From an uncultured delta proteobacterium (GTDB lineage: Bacteria; Desulfobacterota; Binatia; UBA9968), in assembly GCA_963737905.1 (NCBI GenBank), contig CAVTUQ010000012.1, positions 64,001-128,000 on the forward strand: 64,000 nucleotides of DNA, in the 5' to 3' direction. A program made the translations under genes and the position numbers. Of the stretch, positions 40,632-48,930 are shown piece after piece (the stretch's first letter is position 1; the number at the start of each line of letters is the position of its first letter). The notes beneath the pieces were generated by a model, which had not been told where the DNA came from, made no database searches, and saw only the letters and a program-made list of their open reading frames with translations.

Positions 40632-40864
40632 TAACGATTCCTAGCCCAGCGGATAGCAGCGTCGACATCCTTTTCGGTCAGCCCAAGGGCCTTCATCTTG
40701 CTCCGCACCCTTTCCAATTTTGTGCCCTTGGCTTCGATCATCACTGGTTTGAGTACGATCTCCTCACCCTGGAGACTGACCTCAAAGTAGTCGGTGCTGG
40801 GAAGTTTCTCGATGATCGCTTTCGGTAGCGTGATTTGGTTTTTGACGGTCTTTTTTGCAAGCAT
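40631..40864 (-). CDS. AbrB/MazE/SpoVT-family antitoxin
   Basis: KNQITLPK...IVLKP; 1-nt overlap with the toxin gene. Confidence 0.9.
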   Translation of the reverse strand: MLAKKTVKNQITLPKAIIEKLPSTDYFEVSLQGEEIVLKPVMIEAKGTKLERVRSKMKALGLTEKDVDAAIRWARNR

Positions 40865-40877
40865 ATCTTAATACCGT

Positions 40878-40911
40878 GAAGTAAGGATACCTTACTTCCT
40901 GCTTTTGTCAA
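40878..40911 (-). promoter_or_regulatory. TA promoter with palindromic operator
   Basis: Minus strand TTGACA-16 nt-TATCCT. GAAGTAAGG-ATA-CCTTACTTC (40878-40898) is a perfect 9-bp inverted repeat over the -10 box. Confidence 0.75.
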
Positions 40912-41206
40912 TCACGGGGAGGATCATGGCAAAAAGTGTCTAAGATTCCATCCAACGTGCTTGCACGGGCCGGTAAGTGATTTGATAGAACCGGAAAAAA
41001 GCAAGTGGTCAGCGGGAAGCGACGGTTGTTGAATCTGAGATTGTCGCGTTCATTCAGGAGGAGTTTACAATTTTTGGTGTGGGTGAGCAGGTGACAGAGT
41101 AATGTTCGAGGGACGTGTGCTTGTGAAGTCGCTAATTGATTTTCGACGGGAAAAAACGCATGAATAGGGCAGTAACAATACGGATCAGCGTCAGAAGGGA
41201 GAACAT

Positions 41207-41524
41207 ATGGCTCGACTCAAAGGGCTTTATTCAATGCTGTTTTTGACTGGGACCTTGGGGGTGCTATGCAGCTCGGTTTTATGGGCGGCTGAAGGCATTA
41301 TTTCGAAAGTTCCCGACTCATCTGGAACGTTTTGTAATCTGAAGTTTCCGGCAATTAAAGAAGATAGCCTTACCTCAGATCGACCGGAACTTAAGGATCC
41401 GAACGATGGCGATATTGTCGACTTCTACGGGGCTTGCGACCATGACCCGTTGGGGAAAGAGGAAGTCCAACGGCAAAAAGGAGATATACAGCGAGAAAAG
41501 CATCGACAGTTTGGCGATCAATGA
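41207..41524 (+). CDS. Small secreted protein with a Cys pair, unknown function
   Basis: SD AAGGGAG, Sec signal peptide, FCNLKFPAI...DFYGACDHDPLG. Confidence 0.75.
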   Translation: MARLKGLYSMLFLTGTLGVLCSSVLWAAEGIISKVPDSSGTFCNLKFPAIKEDSLTSDRPELKDPNDGDIVDFYGACDHDPLGKEEVQRQKGDIQREKHRQFGDQ

Positions 41525-41599
41525 GGGAGGAAATAGAGGCGGAGCTTAGAGGCGGCACGGCTATCGGTTTTTCTGGATCACCGACCGGCACTTCATGAC

Positions 41600-42616
41600 C
41601 TACCGGAAATAGCCGAGCATTTCCTTGTTGTATTTATTGTAAACAGCGCTCGATGCCGGCTTAATGACGAATAACTTACGCCCCTCCATCAGGCGTGGCG
41701 GGTTCGGTAGGACATCCTTCCGAGCGGGAATCCGGCTCAGGGTTCTCATAAACGTTTGCCCTTCGGCAGAAAGAATGAAGTCGACATAGAGCCGCGCCGC
41801 TGCCGGGTGAGAGCTCTTCGCGGTGACGGCGATACCGATGGGATAGACGAACCAAGGATCGAGAGGCACCCAGTCGATGGGCGCTCCGGCTTTTTTGAAC
41901 TCCTCCACGCCGGTGGGATACTGGGAGACCAGCAACGGAAACTCACCGGCCAGCATGAGCTGATTCATCAATGAAGAGCCGATCCGCGCTTGGATATTTT
42001 GCTTGCTCAGTGCTCCCATGTACCTGTGGCCCTTTTCCTCCCCCATCATCTGCAACATCGCGAAGTACCACTCCGTGTGGCTGAGCACGAAACCCATCTT
42101 GCCTTTCCATTTCGGAAGTAGCAGGTCCTGATAACTGGTCGGCACCTCGTCGGGCTTCAACATGCGAGTGTTGTAAGCGATGGTCAGGGCATTGAGATAC
42201 ATCCCGTTCCAATATCCGTCCTTGTCTCGGAGAGCTTCGATATAAGCTTCCCGCTCCGGGGAGTAATATCGGGCCAGCAGGCCTTTCTCCAGCAAGTTCA
42301 TGATGGGGAAAACGCTGGATTGATAAACATCGGCGAGATAGGTGCCGGTGCGGGCTTCGAGCAGATACTTGCTCAAGAGCGCGTCCTTACCGCTGCTCAA
42401 GAACTCCATATTGATGAACGGATATTTTTTCTCGAAGCCGGCCTTCAATGCTTTAGCATCCGAGGCGTTGGACGAGACGTAAACCATCACCTTGCCTTCC
42501 TTCTTCGCGTCCTCGATGAGCTTTGGCCGATCCGTCAATGGGCTCTGGGCGCAGATGACTCCGGCTAGGCAAAAGATCCCGTGAAGGACAAGAGTCAATG
42601 AAATGATTGCTTTCAT
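41600..42616 (-). CDS. ABC extracellular solute-binding protein (Fe3+/AfuA-like)
   Basis: AKKEGKV.VY, FEKKYP, YNT, DLL.PKWKGK and HP.AARLYVDFILS.EGQ motifs. Confidence 0.9.
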   Translation of the reverse strand: MKAIISLTLVLHGIFCLAGVICAQSPLTDRPKLIEDAKKEGKVMVYVSSNASDAKALKAGFEKKYPFINMEFLSSGKDALLSKYLLEARTGTYLADVYQSSVFPIMNLLEKGLLARYYSPEREAYIEALRDKDGYWNGMYLNALTIAYNTRMLKPDEVPTSYQDLLLPKWKGKMGFVLSHTEWYFAMLQMMGEEKGHRYMGALSKQNIQARIGSSLMNQLMLAGEFPLLVSQYPTGVEEFKKAGAPIDWVPLDPWFVYPIGIAVTAKSSHPAAARLYVDFILSAEGQTFMRTLSRIPARKDVLPNPPRLMEGRKLFVIKPASSAVYNKYNKEMLGYFR

Positions 42617-42871
42617 AGAGTTTCTCCTCGAAATGCGCTTATCAAACTTCAAATAGGTTGCGGCTACGGGGCACGTCTTTCGCAGTTGATTCTATCTGCA
42701 AAGATTTTCTGGCTGAACTGAGCTGCGTATAACTCGTGCGCGCAGAGGTTGTCAAACTTTCATCCGGTTTGCTGTCCCCTTCGGAAGAGACTAAGACACT
42801 TGGGCACCGCGTTTAGCCATAACCTTGACAACCCATCGGGAACTTCATATGGATGGGCCGTTTCTAGAACT

Positions 42872-43084
42872 ATGTTCAATAAACCGAAACAACGACCGCC
42901 TCCTTCTTGGGAAATTGCCACTTCCTTAGATAAAGCATGTGATGTCCTGAGCTGCTTTACCACGTTGAAGCCCGCCTGGGGAATCTCCGAGCTCTCCCGC
43001 AACCTCGGTATTCCCAAGAGCGGTATTTTGCGGATCGTAAAGACCTTTGAAAAGGGCTTCCTGAGACGCAAAGCGCCTTCATGA
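42872..43084 (+). pseudogene. Truncated IclR-family regulator (HTH only)
   Basis: SLDKACDVLSCF....WGISELSRNLGIPKS...RIVKT...GFL, then a stop. No effector domain follows. Confidence 0.7.
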
Positions 43085-43224
43085 TTTAGGCTATCGAGAA
43101 CAACGGCTGGGCGGCACATAAAATCTTATGTGAGAGGCGATTCACTGGACCTTCCGACGTGTTGTTATCTAGTAGCGCATTGGTTGCCTACCGCAATGTG
43201 CTAAGGTCGATGAGATCTCCGCTT

Positions 43225-43351
43225 GCAGGCTGCTCAAAAAGGTCTCAGAGGCAAGGCGCGCGAAGATCGATGAGCGGAGGCGTACTCTTTTTACGTTAAC
43301 GCGAAATCGGTCGAGCGCAACGAAGCATATGAGTCTTTTTCAGTGGCCTGC
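43225..43351. mobile_element. 127-bp MITE-like element with about 22-bp imperfect terminal inverted repeats
   Basis: Left end GCAGGCTGCTCAAAAAGGTCTCA, right end TGAGTCTTTTTCAGTGGCCTGC. Non-coding; directly abuts the SD of the next gene. Confidence 0.7.
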
Positions 43352-43365
43352 TAGGAGGAAAGAAC

Positions 43366-44142
43366 GTGGCATTGATAATTGAGTTAGGAAAGAAAAGGTC
43401 GGTACAAGAGGCCAGGGCCATGGTCGATGAACTTTATCGACAGGTGCGCGATCGCTGGGAAGCAAAAGTAAATCTGACTCCCTTCATGCAACAATTGGTG
43501 GCGGGCAGGCTGCCGCTGAAAGTCCTGCAAACGTTTTTTCGAAATTGGGGCGCCTATACCATCGAGATCAACACCTTGACCGCTTGCACCTATCACAAGA
43601 ATCTAACCTTCTTTAAGGTCCATCGTGATCTGATGGGGCCGATCGGAGAGAAGATCGCCGACGAATTCATCCATCCGAAACCTCCTGGCCATTTTCTAGT
43701 CATGCTCCAAACGGCCAAAGCCTTTGGTCTGACGGAAGAAGAGATTTTTTCAACACCGATGCTTTCGGAGTTTCGCGCCAAGATCGATTTCATGCGCAGC
43801 ATCGTCTACGAAGGGACCGCGGCGGAGTGGTACGCGTCGGTGACCACGGAAGAGCAGATCGGCTACTGGTCGGCGGTTTGTTACCAAGCTCTGACAACCC
43901 ATTATGGCTTTGACCGGGAAAAGGCGACTTACTTCGCAACCCATGTCGAAGCGGATTTGGGAGAACATGAAGAAGGAGTCATGGGCCATGCGAGTTTCAA
44001 CCGGACCGCATTGCAGCGGCTGCTCGAAAGCGGAATGGCGGACGAACGGCCGACTTATGGGCTTGAATACTGCGCGATGACTTCCGTGGATCTTCATGGC
44101 GTCATGTTGCGGGCCGCGATGGAAGAAGCTCAAAGGAGCTAA
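43366..44142 (+). CDS. Heme-oxygenase-like diiron oxidase (PqqC/TenA/CADD fold), HDO-1
   Basis: Predicted helical protein with DEFIHPKPPGH, TTEEQ and FATHVEAD..EH metal ligands. SD AGGAGG, GTG start. Confidence 0.8.
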   Translation: MALIIELGKKRSVQEARAMVDELYRQVRDRWEAKVNLTPFMQQLVAGRLPLKVLQTFFRNWGAYTIEINTLTACTYHKNLTFFKVHRDLMGPIGEKIADEFIHPKPPGHFLVMLQTAKAFGLTEEEIFSTPMLSEFRAKIDFMRSIVYEGTAAEWYASVTTEEQIGYWSAVCYQALTTHYGFDREKATYFATHVEADLGEHEEGVMGHASFNRTALQRLLESGMADERPTYGLEYCAMTSVDLHGVMLRAAMEEAQRS

Positions 44143-44200
44143 TACGCACTATTGACGTAAGAGTGACCGAGCAGCGAGCCTCTCCGTCGCGGGCAATGTA

Positions 44201-44272
44201 AAGTTTCGAGTTCCGAGTTTAAAGTTCCGGGTTCTAACTCGAAACCCGAGACACGAAACCGGAAACTCGGAA
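44201..44272. repeat. Heptamer inverted tandem repeat (GTTYCGA)n ... (CGAAACN)n
   Basis: Read directly from the sequence. Confidence 0.75.
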
Positions 44273-44299
44273 GTGAGGCACCAGGAGTCAGAGGAATTG

Positions 44300-45241
44300 A
44301 TGGTTTTTGTGAAGCTGTCGCTTGTTTTGGTTCTGCTGCTAGGGATTTTCTCAGGGTCTCCGGCGCAGGCACTCGAGCGGATTCGTATCGGTCTCTCCGT
44401 GCGCAATGTCGTCTTCCTGCCGTTTTACTATGCGCAGGATAAAAAGATTTTCGAGAAGCACGGGCTCAACGCTGAGCTGATTCAGATAAGAAGCGACCTG
44501 CAGGTCGTCGGGTTGGTTTCCGGCGAGATCGATTTTACGCCGGTGATCGGACCGACGGTGTTTGCCATCGCCAACGGCATGCCGCTCAGGGCCACCGCGG
44601 TATTGTATAAGGCGCCGCTTTTCTCGCTCGTAAGTCCTGCGACGGTTACCAATATTAAAAACTTGGAAGGAAAGCAGGTTGCCGTGTCCAGGCTGGGATC
44701 CGACAGTCACCGTTACGGGGTCATGATGATGGAAAATAGCGGGGTGGATCCAAAAAAAGTGACCTTCATTCAAACCGGCAATACCACTGTCAGTCTAACT
44801 GCCTTGCAGCAAGGTTCCGTTGCTGCGGCAGTGCTCAGCCCGCCCTTCACCGGTACCATGGTGGAAAAGGGTTACAGGATTTTAGCCCGTAGCAGATTAC
44901 TCATCGAGATCCCGTGGATGGGGATGGTGACCAGCAAGCAAAAGATCGAGACGCAGCCCGAGTTGGTAAGAAACGTTCTGCGCTCCATACGCGAGGTGGC
45001 GGCCAACATTCGTCGCGACAAGGCAGGAGTGGTGGCCTACATCGAAAAGAATTTCAAAGTGACCCCTAGTGTTGCCGCGGAAGCCTATGAAGATATCAAT
45101 GGCGTCATTGTCGATGGGTTGGTGATGCCCGAAGAGCAGCTCAAGAGTTACCTGGACAACGCGAGCAGCCGGGGCGAGATCGCCAAGCCCTTGACTGTCG
45201 GGGATGTCTTCGATCTCTCGCTGATACGAAGTTTGAAGTGA
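44300..45241 (+). CDS. NitT/TauT-type ABC substrate-binding protein
   Basis: Signal peptide, IFEKHGL, LEGKQVAVSRLGS and GSVAAAVLSPP motifs. Confidence 0.9.
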   Translation: MVFVKLSLVLVLLLGIFSGSPAQALERIRIGLSVRNVVFLPFYYAQDKKIFEKHGLNAELIQIRSDLQVVGLVSGEIDFTPVIGPTVFAIANGMPLRATAVLYKAPLFSLVSPATVTNIKNLEGKQVAVSRLGSDSHRYGVMMMENSGVDPKKVTFIQTGNTTVSLTALQQGSVAAAVLSPPFTGTMVEKGYRILARSRLLIEIPWMGMVTSKQKIETQPELVRNVLRSIREVAANIRRDKAGVVAYIEKNFKVTPSVAAEAYEDINGVIVDGLVMPEEQLKSYLDNASSRGEIAKPLTVGDVFDLSLIRSLK

Positions 45242-45371
45242 CCCTCGGAAATCGCACGGGGATGATCGTTGATCACATATAGGGAACCTAGGTGTTTCCA
45301 ACGGATGGAACGTTGGAACTTTTGTAAGGGCCGGAACGATGTCTTAGCGCTGTCGAGGAGGAAACTATCTC

Positions 45372-46448
45372 ATGGTCATGGTGGAAAAAGAGCAGCACTT
45401 GAAGATGCGAATGGAGCACATCCGCTTCGGCAAAGAAGAATTAGAGCGGCGCCGGAAGTCTCCCGTGCATATCCCCGCCGAACATGTGGCGGCGCAGCTC
45501 AAGGACCACTATCACGTCTACATCGTCGATCCGCGGCTTGGATTCAATCAGAGAACATTTCGCTTTTGGATCAACTATCGCGCCTTGGGCGAAGAGATGG
45601 AGTACAGCGGCAAGCAATTGGGTCATCGCCACACGGTGGAAGCGGTGATCTATATCCATCAAGGTCACGGCTATAGCGTCATCGACGGCGTCAAATACCC
45701 CTGGGAAGCCGGGGATCTGATCTGCGTGCCCGTGTTCGCTTGGCACCGGCATCATAATGAGAGCCAAGAAGATTTGATTTATTTTGCGGCGACGACCGGT
45801 CCCTTTTCCATGGCGACGGGCATCGCGCTTTACGAAGAGGAGAACTACCCGGAGTATTGGGTTTTCGCGCAGAAGGGTGAAGAGGCGATGAAGACCCTGA
45901 TACCCGGCGGCGCGGAAGCGCCCCCGGGCGGCAAGGTCGATCTGGATCAAAGCCGCTGGAAGCCGCAGGGTTCTCGCAGCAACGGCGAGCCGACGTCGGC
46001 GGAGATTTATTTCGATCAGCTCAACTTCGCGCAAGAGGAAGAAAAGCGGCGGCGGGCAGGAAAAGTTTTGGTTAAGGCTAAAGACCTTAAATTCCAACCT
46101 ACCCCGATGGGACGGGTGGCGTACGGCGTTGATACAAAGCTGGGTTTCCATGTAAAAGTTCTCGGCACTTTGTTCGCTGAAATCCCGCCCGGCAAACGGT
46201 CCGGCGCCCATCGCCATATCTACGAAGAGACGAATTACATAATCTCAGGCCAGGGCTACAGCATCATTGAAGATCAGAAATATGAGTGGAAGAAAGGCGA
46301 TACGTTGGTCATCCCGGTCTTTGCCTGGCACCAGCACTTCAACACGGGAAGAGAAACGGCGCGCTTCCTGGTTCACACCAATCGTCCCTGCATGGAAAGC
46401 ACAGGCTATATCCATACCCAGCAAGGCGAACCCGCGGACTATGAGTAA
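45372..46448 (+). CDS. Bicupin metalloprotein (gentisate-dioxygenase-like architecture)
   Basis: Two cupin units: HRHTVE...G.GYS..DG...PVFAWHRH and HRHIYEE...GQGYS...PVFAWHQH. Confidence 0.88.
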   Translation: MVMVEKEQHLKMRMEHIRFGKEELERRRKSPVHIPAEHVAAQLKDHYHVYIVDPRLGFNQRTFRFWINYRALGEEMEYSGKQLGHRHTVEAVIYIHQGHGYSVIDGVKYPWEAGDLICVPVFAWHRHHNESQEDLIYFAATTGPFSMATGIALYEEENYPEYWVFAQKGEEAMKTLIPGGAEAPPGGKVDLDQSRWKPQGSRSNGEPTSAEIYFDQLNFAQEEEKRRRAGKVLVKAKDLKFQPTPMGRVAYGVDTKLGFHVKVLGTLFAEIPPGKRSGAHRHIYEETNYIISGQGYSIIEDQKYEWKKGDTLVIPVFAWHQHFNTGRETARFLVHTNRPCMESTGYIHTQQGEPADYE

Positions 46449-46462
46449 GAGATAGCCGAACC

Positions 46463-47917
46463 ATGGCGATAACAACCCACGAACATCATGGCCATGAGCA
46501 CGATGGCGCGGTGGGACCGCACACCCACTTGACCAGCGTTGGCATCGATATCGGCTCCTCAACGTCGCATCTGATGTTTTCTCAACTACTCATCGGCTAT
46601 CCGTCGCTGCATCAGCGGCGGCCCATGGTATTGGATCGCCGGGTGATTGCGCGCTCGCCGATTTTGCTCACGCCATTTACCGGCGATTGGAACATCGAGG
46701 CGGGCCCGCTCAAGGAGCTCGTGGATGCGACGTTCCAAGACGCAGGCTTGACGCGGGAGGACATCGATACCGGGGCGGTTATCATCACGGGGGAGGCGGC
46801 GCGGCGCGACAATGCGAGAAAAATCGCCGAGTTGTTTTCCGACGAAGCCGGCCGTTTCGTTTGCGCGACTGCCGGGCCAAACTTAGAGACAATTATGGCG
46901 GCCCACGGCTCCGGGGCGGTTCTCAAGAGCCGCGAAGAAGGTCTGACGGTTCTGAACATCGATGTGGGCGGCGGAACGACGAAACTGAGCGTGATCGAGG
47001 ATGGCAGGATTCGAAGCACCAGCGCGCTCAACATCGGCGCCCGTTTGTTGGCATACGACGAAGGAGAAATCTTGACGCGGTTGGAAAAAGCCGGACGGCG
47101 GTTTCTTGCCGACCTTGGATGTGCTCTGAGCATCGGGTCGAGACTTGAAGAAGATTTGCGCCGGCGTCTGGCCTCCCGGATGGCTCGTGCATTATTTGAT
47201 GTCGTCGCCGGCGGGAAGCCGCCGTGGGAAGAACTCTATGTGACCGCGCCCTTGGACAATCTCCCTGAGCTTGACGGTATCCTGTTCTCGGGCGGTGTCT
47301 CCGAGTACATCTACAGCCGTGAAGCGAGTGCCTTTGGCGACTTGGGCCCTTACCTGGGCGAAGAGATTGGAAGAGAAGCCGAAAAGCGCGGCTTGCGGAT
47401 CTTTGACTCCAGCGAAGGCATTCGCGCCACCGTGATTGGCGCTTCACAGTATACAGTTCAGTTGAGCGGCGAAACGATTCATGTTCCGGAAGGGGCGGAT
47501 TTACCAGTCAGAAATCTGCGGGTTTTTCTGGTTCACGTGGATTGGGAATTTCCGGTGGCTGCGCGCGCCGAAACGGCCATCAAAAAAGCTCTAAGCGAGC
47601 GAGACCCGGAAGTGCGTGGCGCGCCGTTTGTTTTGGCCTTTTCATCGCCTCCGTTTTTCGGTTATGGCGCGGTGCAAGAGCTGGCCAAGGGTATCGATGA
47701 TGCGCTGGCGGGCCTGCTTGCAGAGGACAGGCCGGATGTGTTGGTGTTCGAACAAAACGTAGGTCGAGTCGTGGGCGGCATAGTTTCGTCGAAATGGAGC
47801 CTTCCCTGCATTGACGAAATCAATCTATCTGAATTGGACTTCATCGATGTCGGTGAAGTAGTGGACGGAGAGGGCTTCGTTCCCGTCGTAGTTAAAAGCC
47901 TGGCTTTTGGCGTGTAG
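46463..47917 (+). CDS. eutA: EutA-like reactivating-factor ATPase (ASKHA fold), His-rich N-terminus
   Basis: SVGIDIGSSTS, GAVIITGE, NIDVGGGT, FSGGV, IRATVIGA and VPVVVKSLAF motifs. Confidence 0.85.
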   Translation: MAITTHEHHGHEHDGAVGPHTHLTSVGIDIGSSTSHLMFSQLLIGYPSLHQRRPMVLDRRVIARSPILLTPFTGDWNIEAGPLKELVDATFQDAGLTREDIDTGAVIITGEAARRDNARKIAELFSDEAGRFVCATAGPNLETIMAAHGSGAVLKSREEGLTVLNIDVGGGTTKLSVIEDGRIRSTSALNIGARLLAYDEGEILTRLEKAGRRFLADLGCALSIGSRLEEDLRRRLASRMARALFDVVAGGKPPWEELYVTAPLDNLPELDGILFSGGVSEYIYSREASAFGDLGPYLGEEIGREAEKRGLRIFDSSEGIRATVIGASQYTVQLSGETIHVPEGADLPVRNLRVFLVHVDWEFPVAARAETAIKKALSERDPEVRGAPFVLAFSSPPFFGYGAVQELAKGIDDALAGLLAEDRPDVLVFEQNVGRVVGGIVSSKWSLPCIDEINLSELDFIDVGEVVDGEGFVPVVVKSLAFGV

Positions 47918-47924
47918 CGGTTAG

Positions 47925-48035
47925 CTTATGGCGTATGGCTTATGGTTCGCATGTCCCAACTATTGCCATAAGCTATCAGCCATATGCGAAGTACGTGCGC
48001 GCCTCGGCTCTGAGATCTTTTTGAGCAGCCCGCAA
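47925..48035. repeat. Composite (TATGGCT)n hairpin plus MITE end
   Basis: 47997-48035 is a 35/39 inverted match to 43223-43261. 47964-47989 is a 26/26 inverted match to 48853-48878. Confidence 0.85.
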
Positions 48036-48112
48036 ACATAGTTGCATGGTTAGACAGAGAAAAGTCGCTTGTGATAAAGGCTGAAATGGACGGTGAAAGG
48101 CGGTTGAATGCT

Positions 48113-48829
48113 ATGAACCCGGCTGCAAACGGCATCGATAAAATGTGGCAAAGCTTGGTTCAAATGGCGAATGATCAATTTGATACGCCGCCGTTCAAGG
48201 GTCTCTTGAATACGAATTTCTCTCGCCAGCGAGCCCAACGGTATTCGATTCAGATGGCCTATTACGTGAAGAACCGTCGCGACTGTTGGGGCTACGTACA
48301 GGGATCAGCGCCGTTGGATATAAAACGGTTGATCTGGGAGCACGAGCAGGACGAGTTGATCGGCAAGAAGAGTGAAGGCAAAGACGATCACATTACCTTG
48401 GCGGTAAAAGAAGGCGCGGTCTTTGGATTGAGCGCCGAGGCGTTCGACGATACGCCTGTGCTCGAAGGGGGCGTTGTTTGCTTTTATTCGTGGCTGCATC
48501 TGGCGCAGCGCCCCTGGCTTGAAGCCATCGCTGCCTCGGGGATTCTGGAGATCCGCAACTCCGCCGAGTTGATCAGGGGGGGATCGCTGTCGCGGCGCAT
48601 CGGAGAAAAGTTCGAGCGGGAACTTGGAATACCCATGAAGAAACAGATCAACAACGCGGAGCACATGGTGATGGATGTCGAACATGCGCATCTCTTGATG
48701 CGGGTCGCGCGTAAGTACGCGACGACGGAAGTCGACCAGAATGCTATCATCAGGGGAGCTCGAGAAAGCCTGATCATCGATCGCGTGTATCGGGGTCATC
48801 TCGCTGACATGCTCGAGGCGTTGCCTTGA
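48113..48829 (+). CDS. Heme-oxygenase-like diiron oxidase, HDO-2
   Basis: HEQDEL...DDH, ILEIRN and EHMVMDVEH motifs. Start uncertain (48071-48113). Confidence 0.82.
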   Translation: MNPAANGIDKMWQSLVQMANDQFDTPPFKGLLNTNFSRQRAQRYSIQMAYYVKNRRDCWGYVQGSAPLDIKRLIWEHEQDELIGKKSEGKDDHITLAVKEGAVFGLSAEAFDDTPVLEGGVVCFYSWLHLAQRPWLEAIAASGILEIRNSAELIRGGSLSRRIGEKFERELGIPMKKQINNAEHMVMDVEHAHLLMRVARKYATTEVDQNAIIRGARESLIIDRVYRGHLADMLEALP

Positions 48830-48852
48830 TCCGGCGAGGCGGGAGCCCGAAA

Positions 48853-48922
48853 TCGCATATGGCTGATAGCTTATGGCATATAGTGGAACCAAGACCATAC
48901 GCCATAAGCCATACGCCATAAG
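48853..48922. repeat. (TATGGCT)n hairpin element, inverted copy of 47925-47989
   Basis: Two perfect inverted blocks, 26/26 and 21/21. Confidence 0.85.
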
Positions 48923-48930
48923 GAGGGAGT

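Noticed and set aside
39892-40864. Prophage or ICE boundary
   Set aside because: No integrase, tRNA, att repeat or phage genes. The holin-family gene at 3650 belongs to a family common in non-phage contexts.
3555-48922. Repeat tracts as CRISPR arrays
   Set aside because: Units are 7-9 nt and contiguous, there are no unique spacers of constant length, and there are no cas genes.
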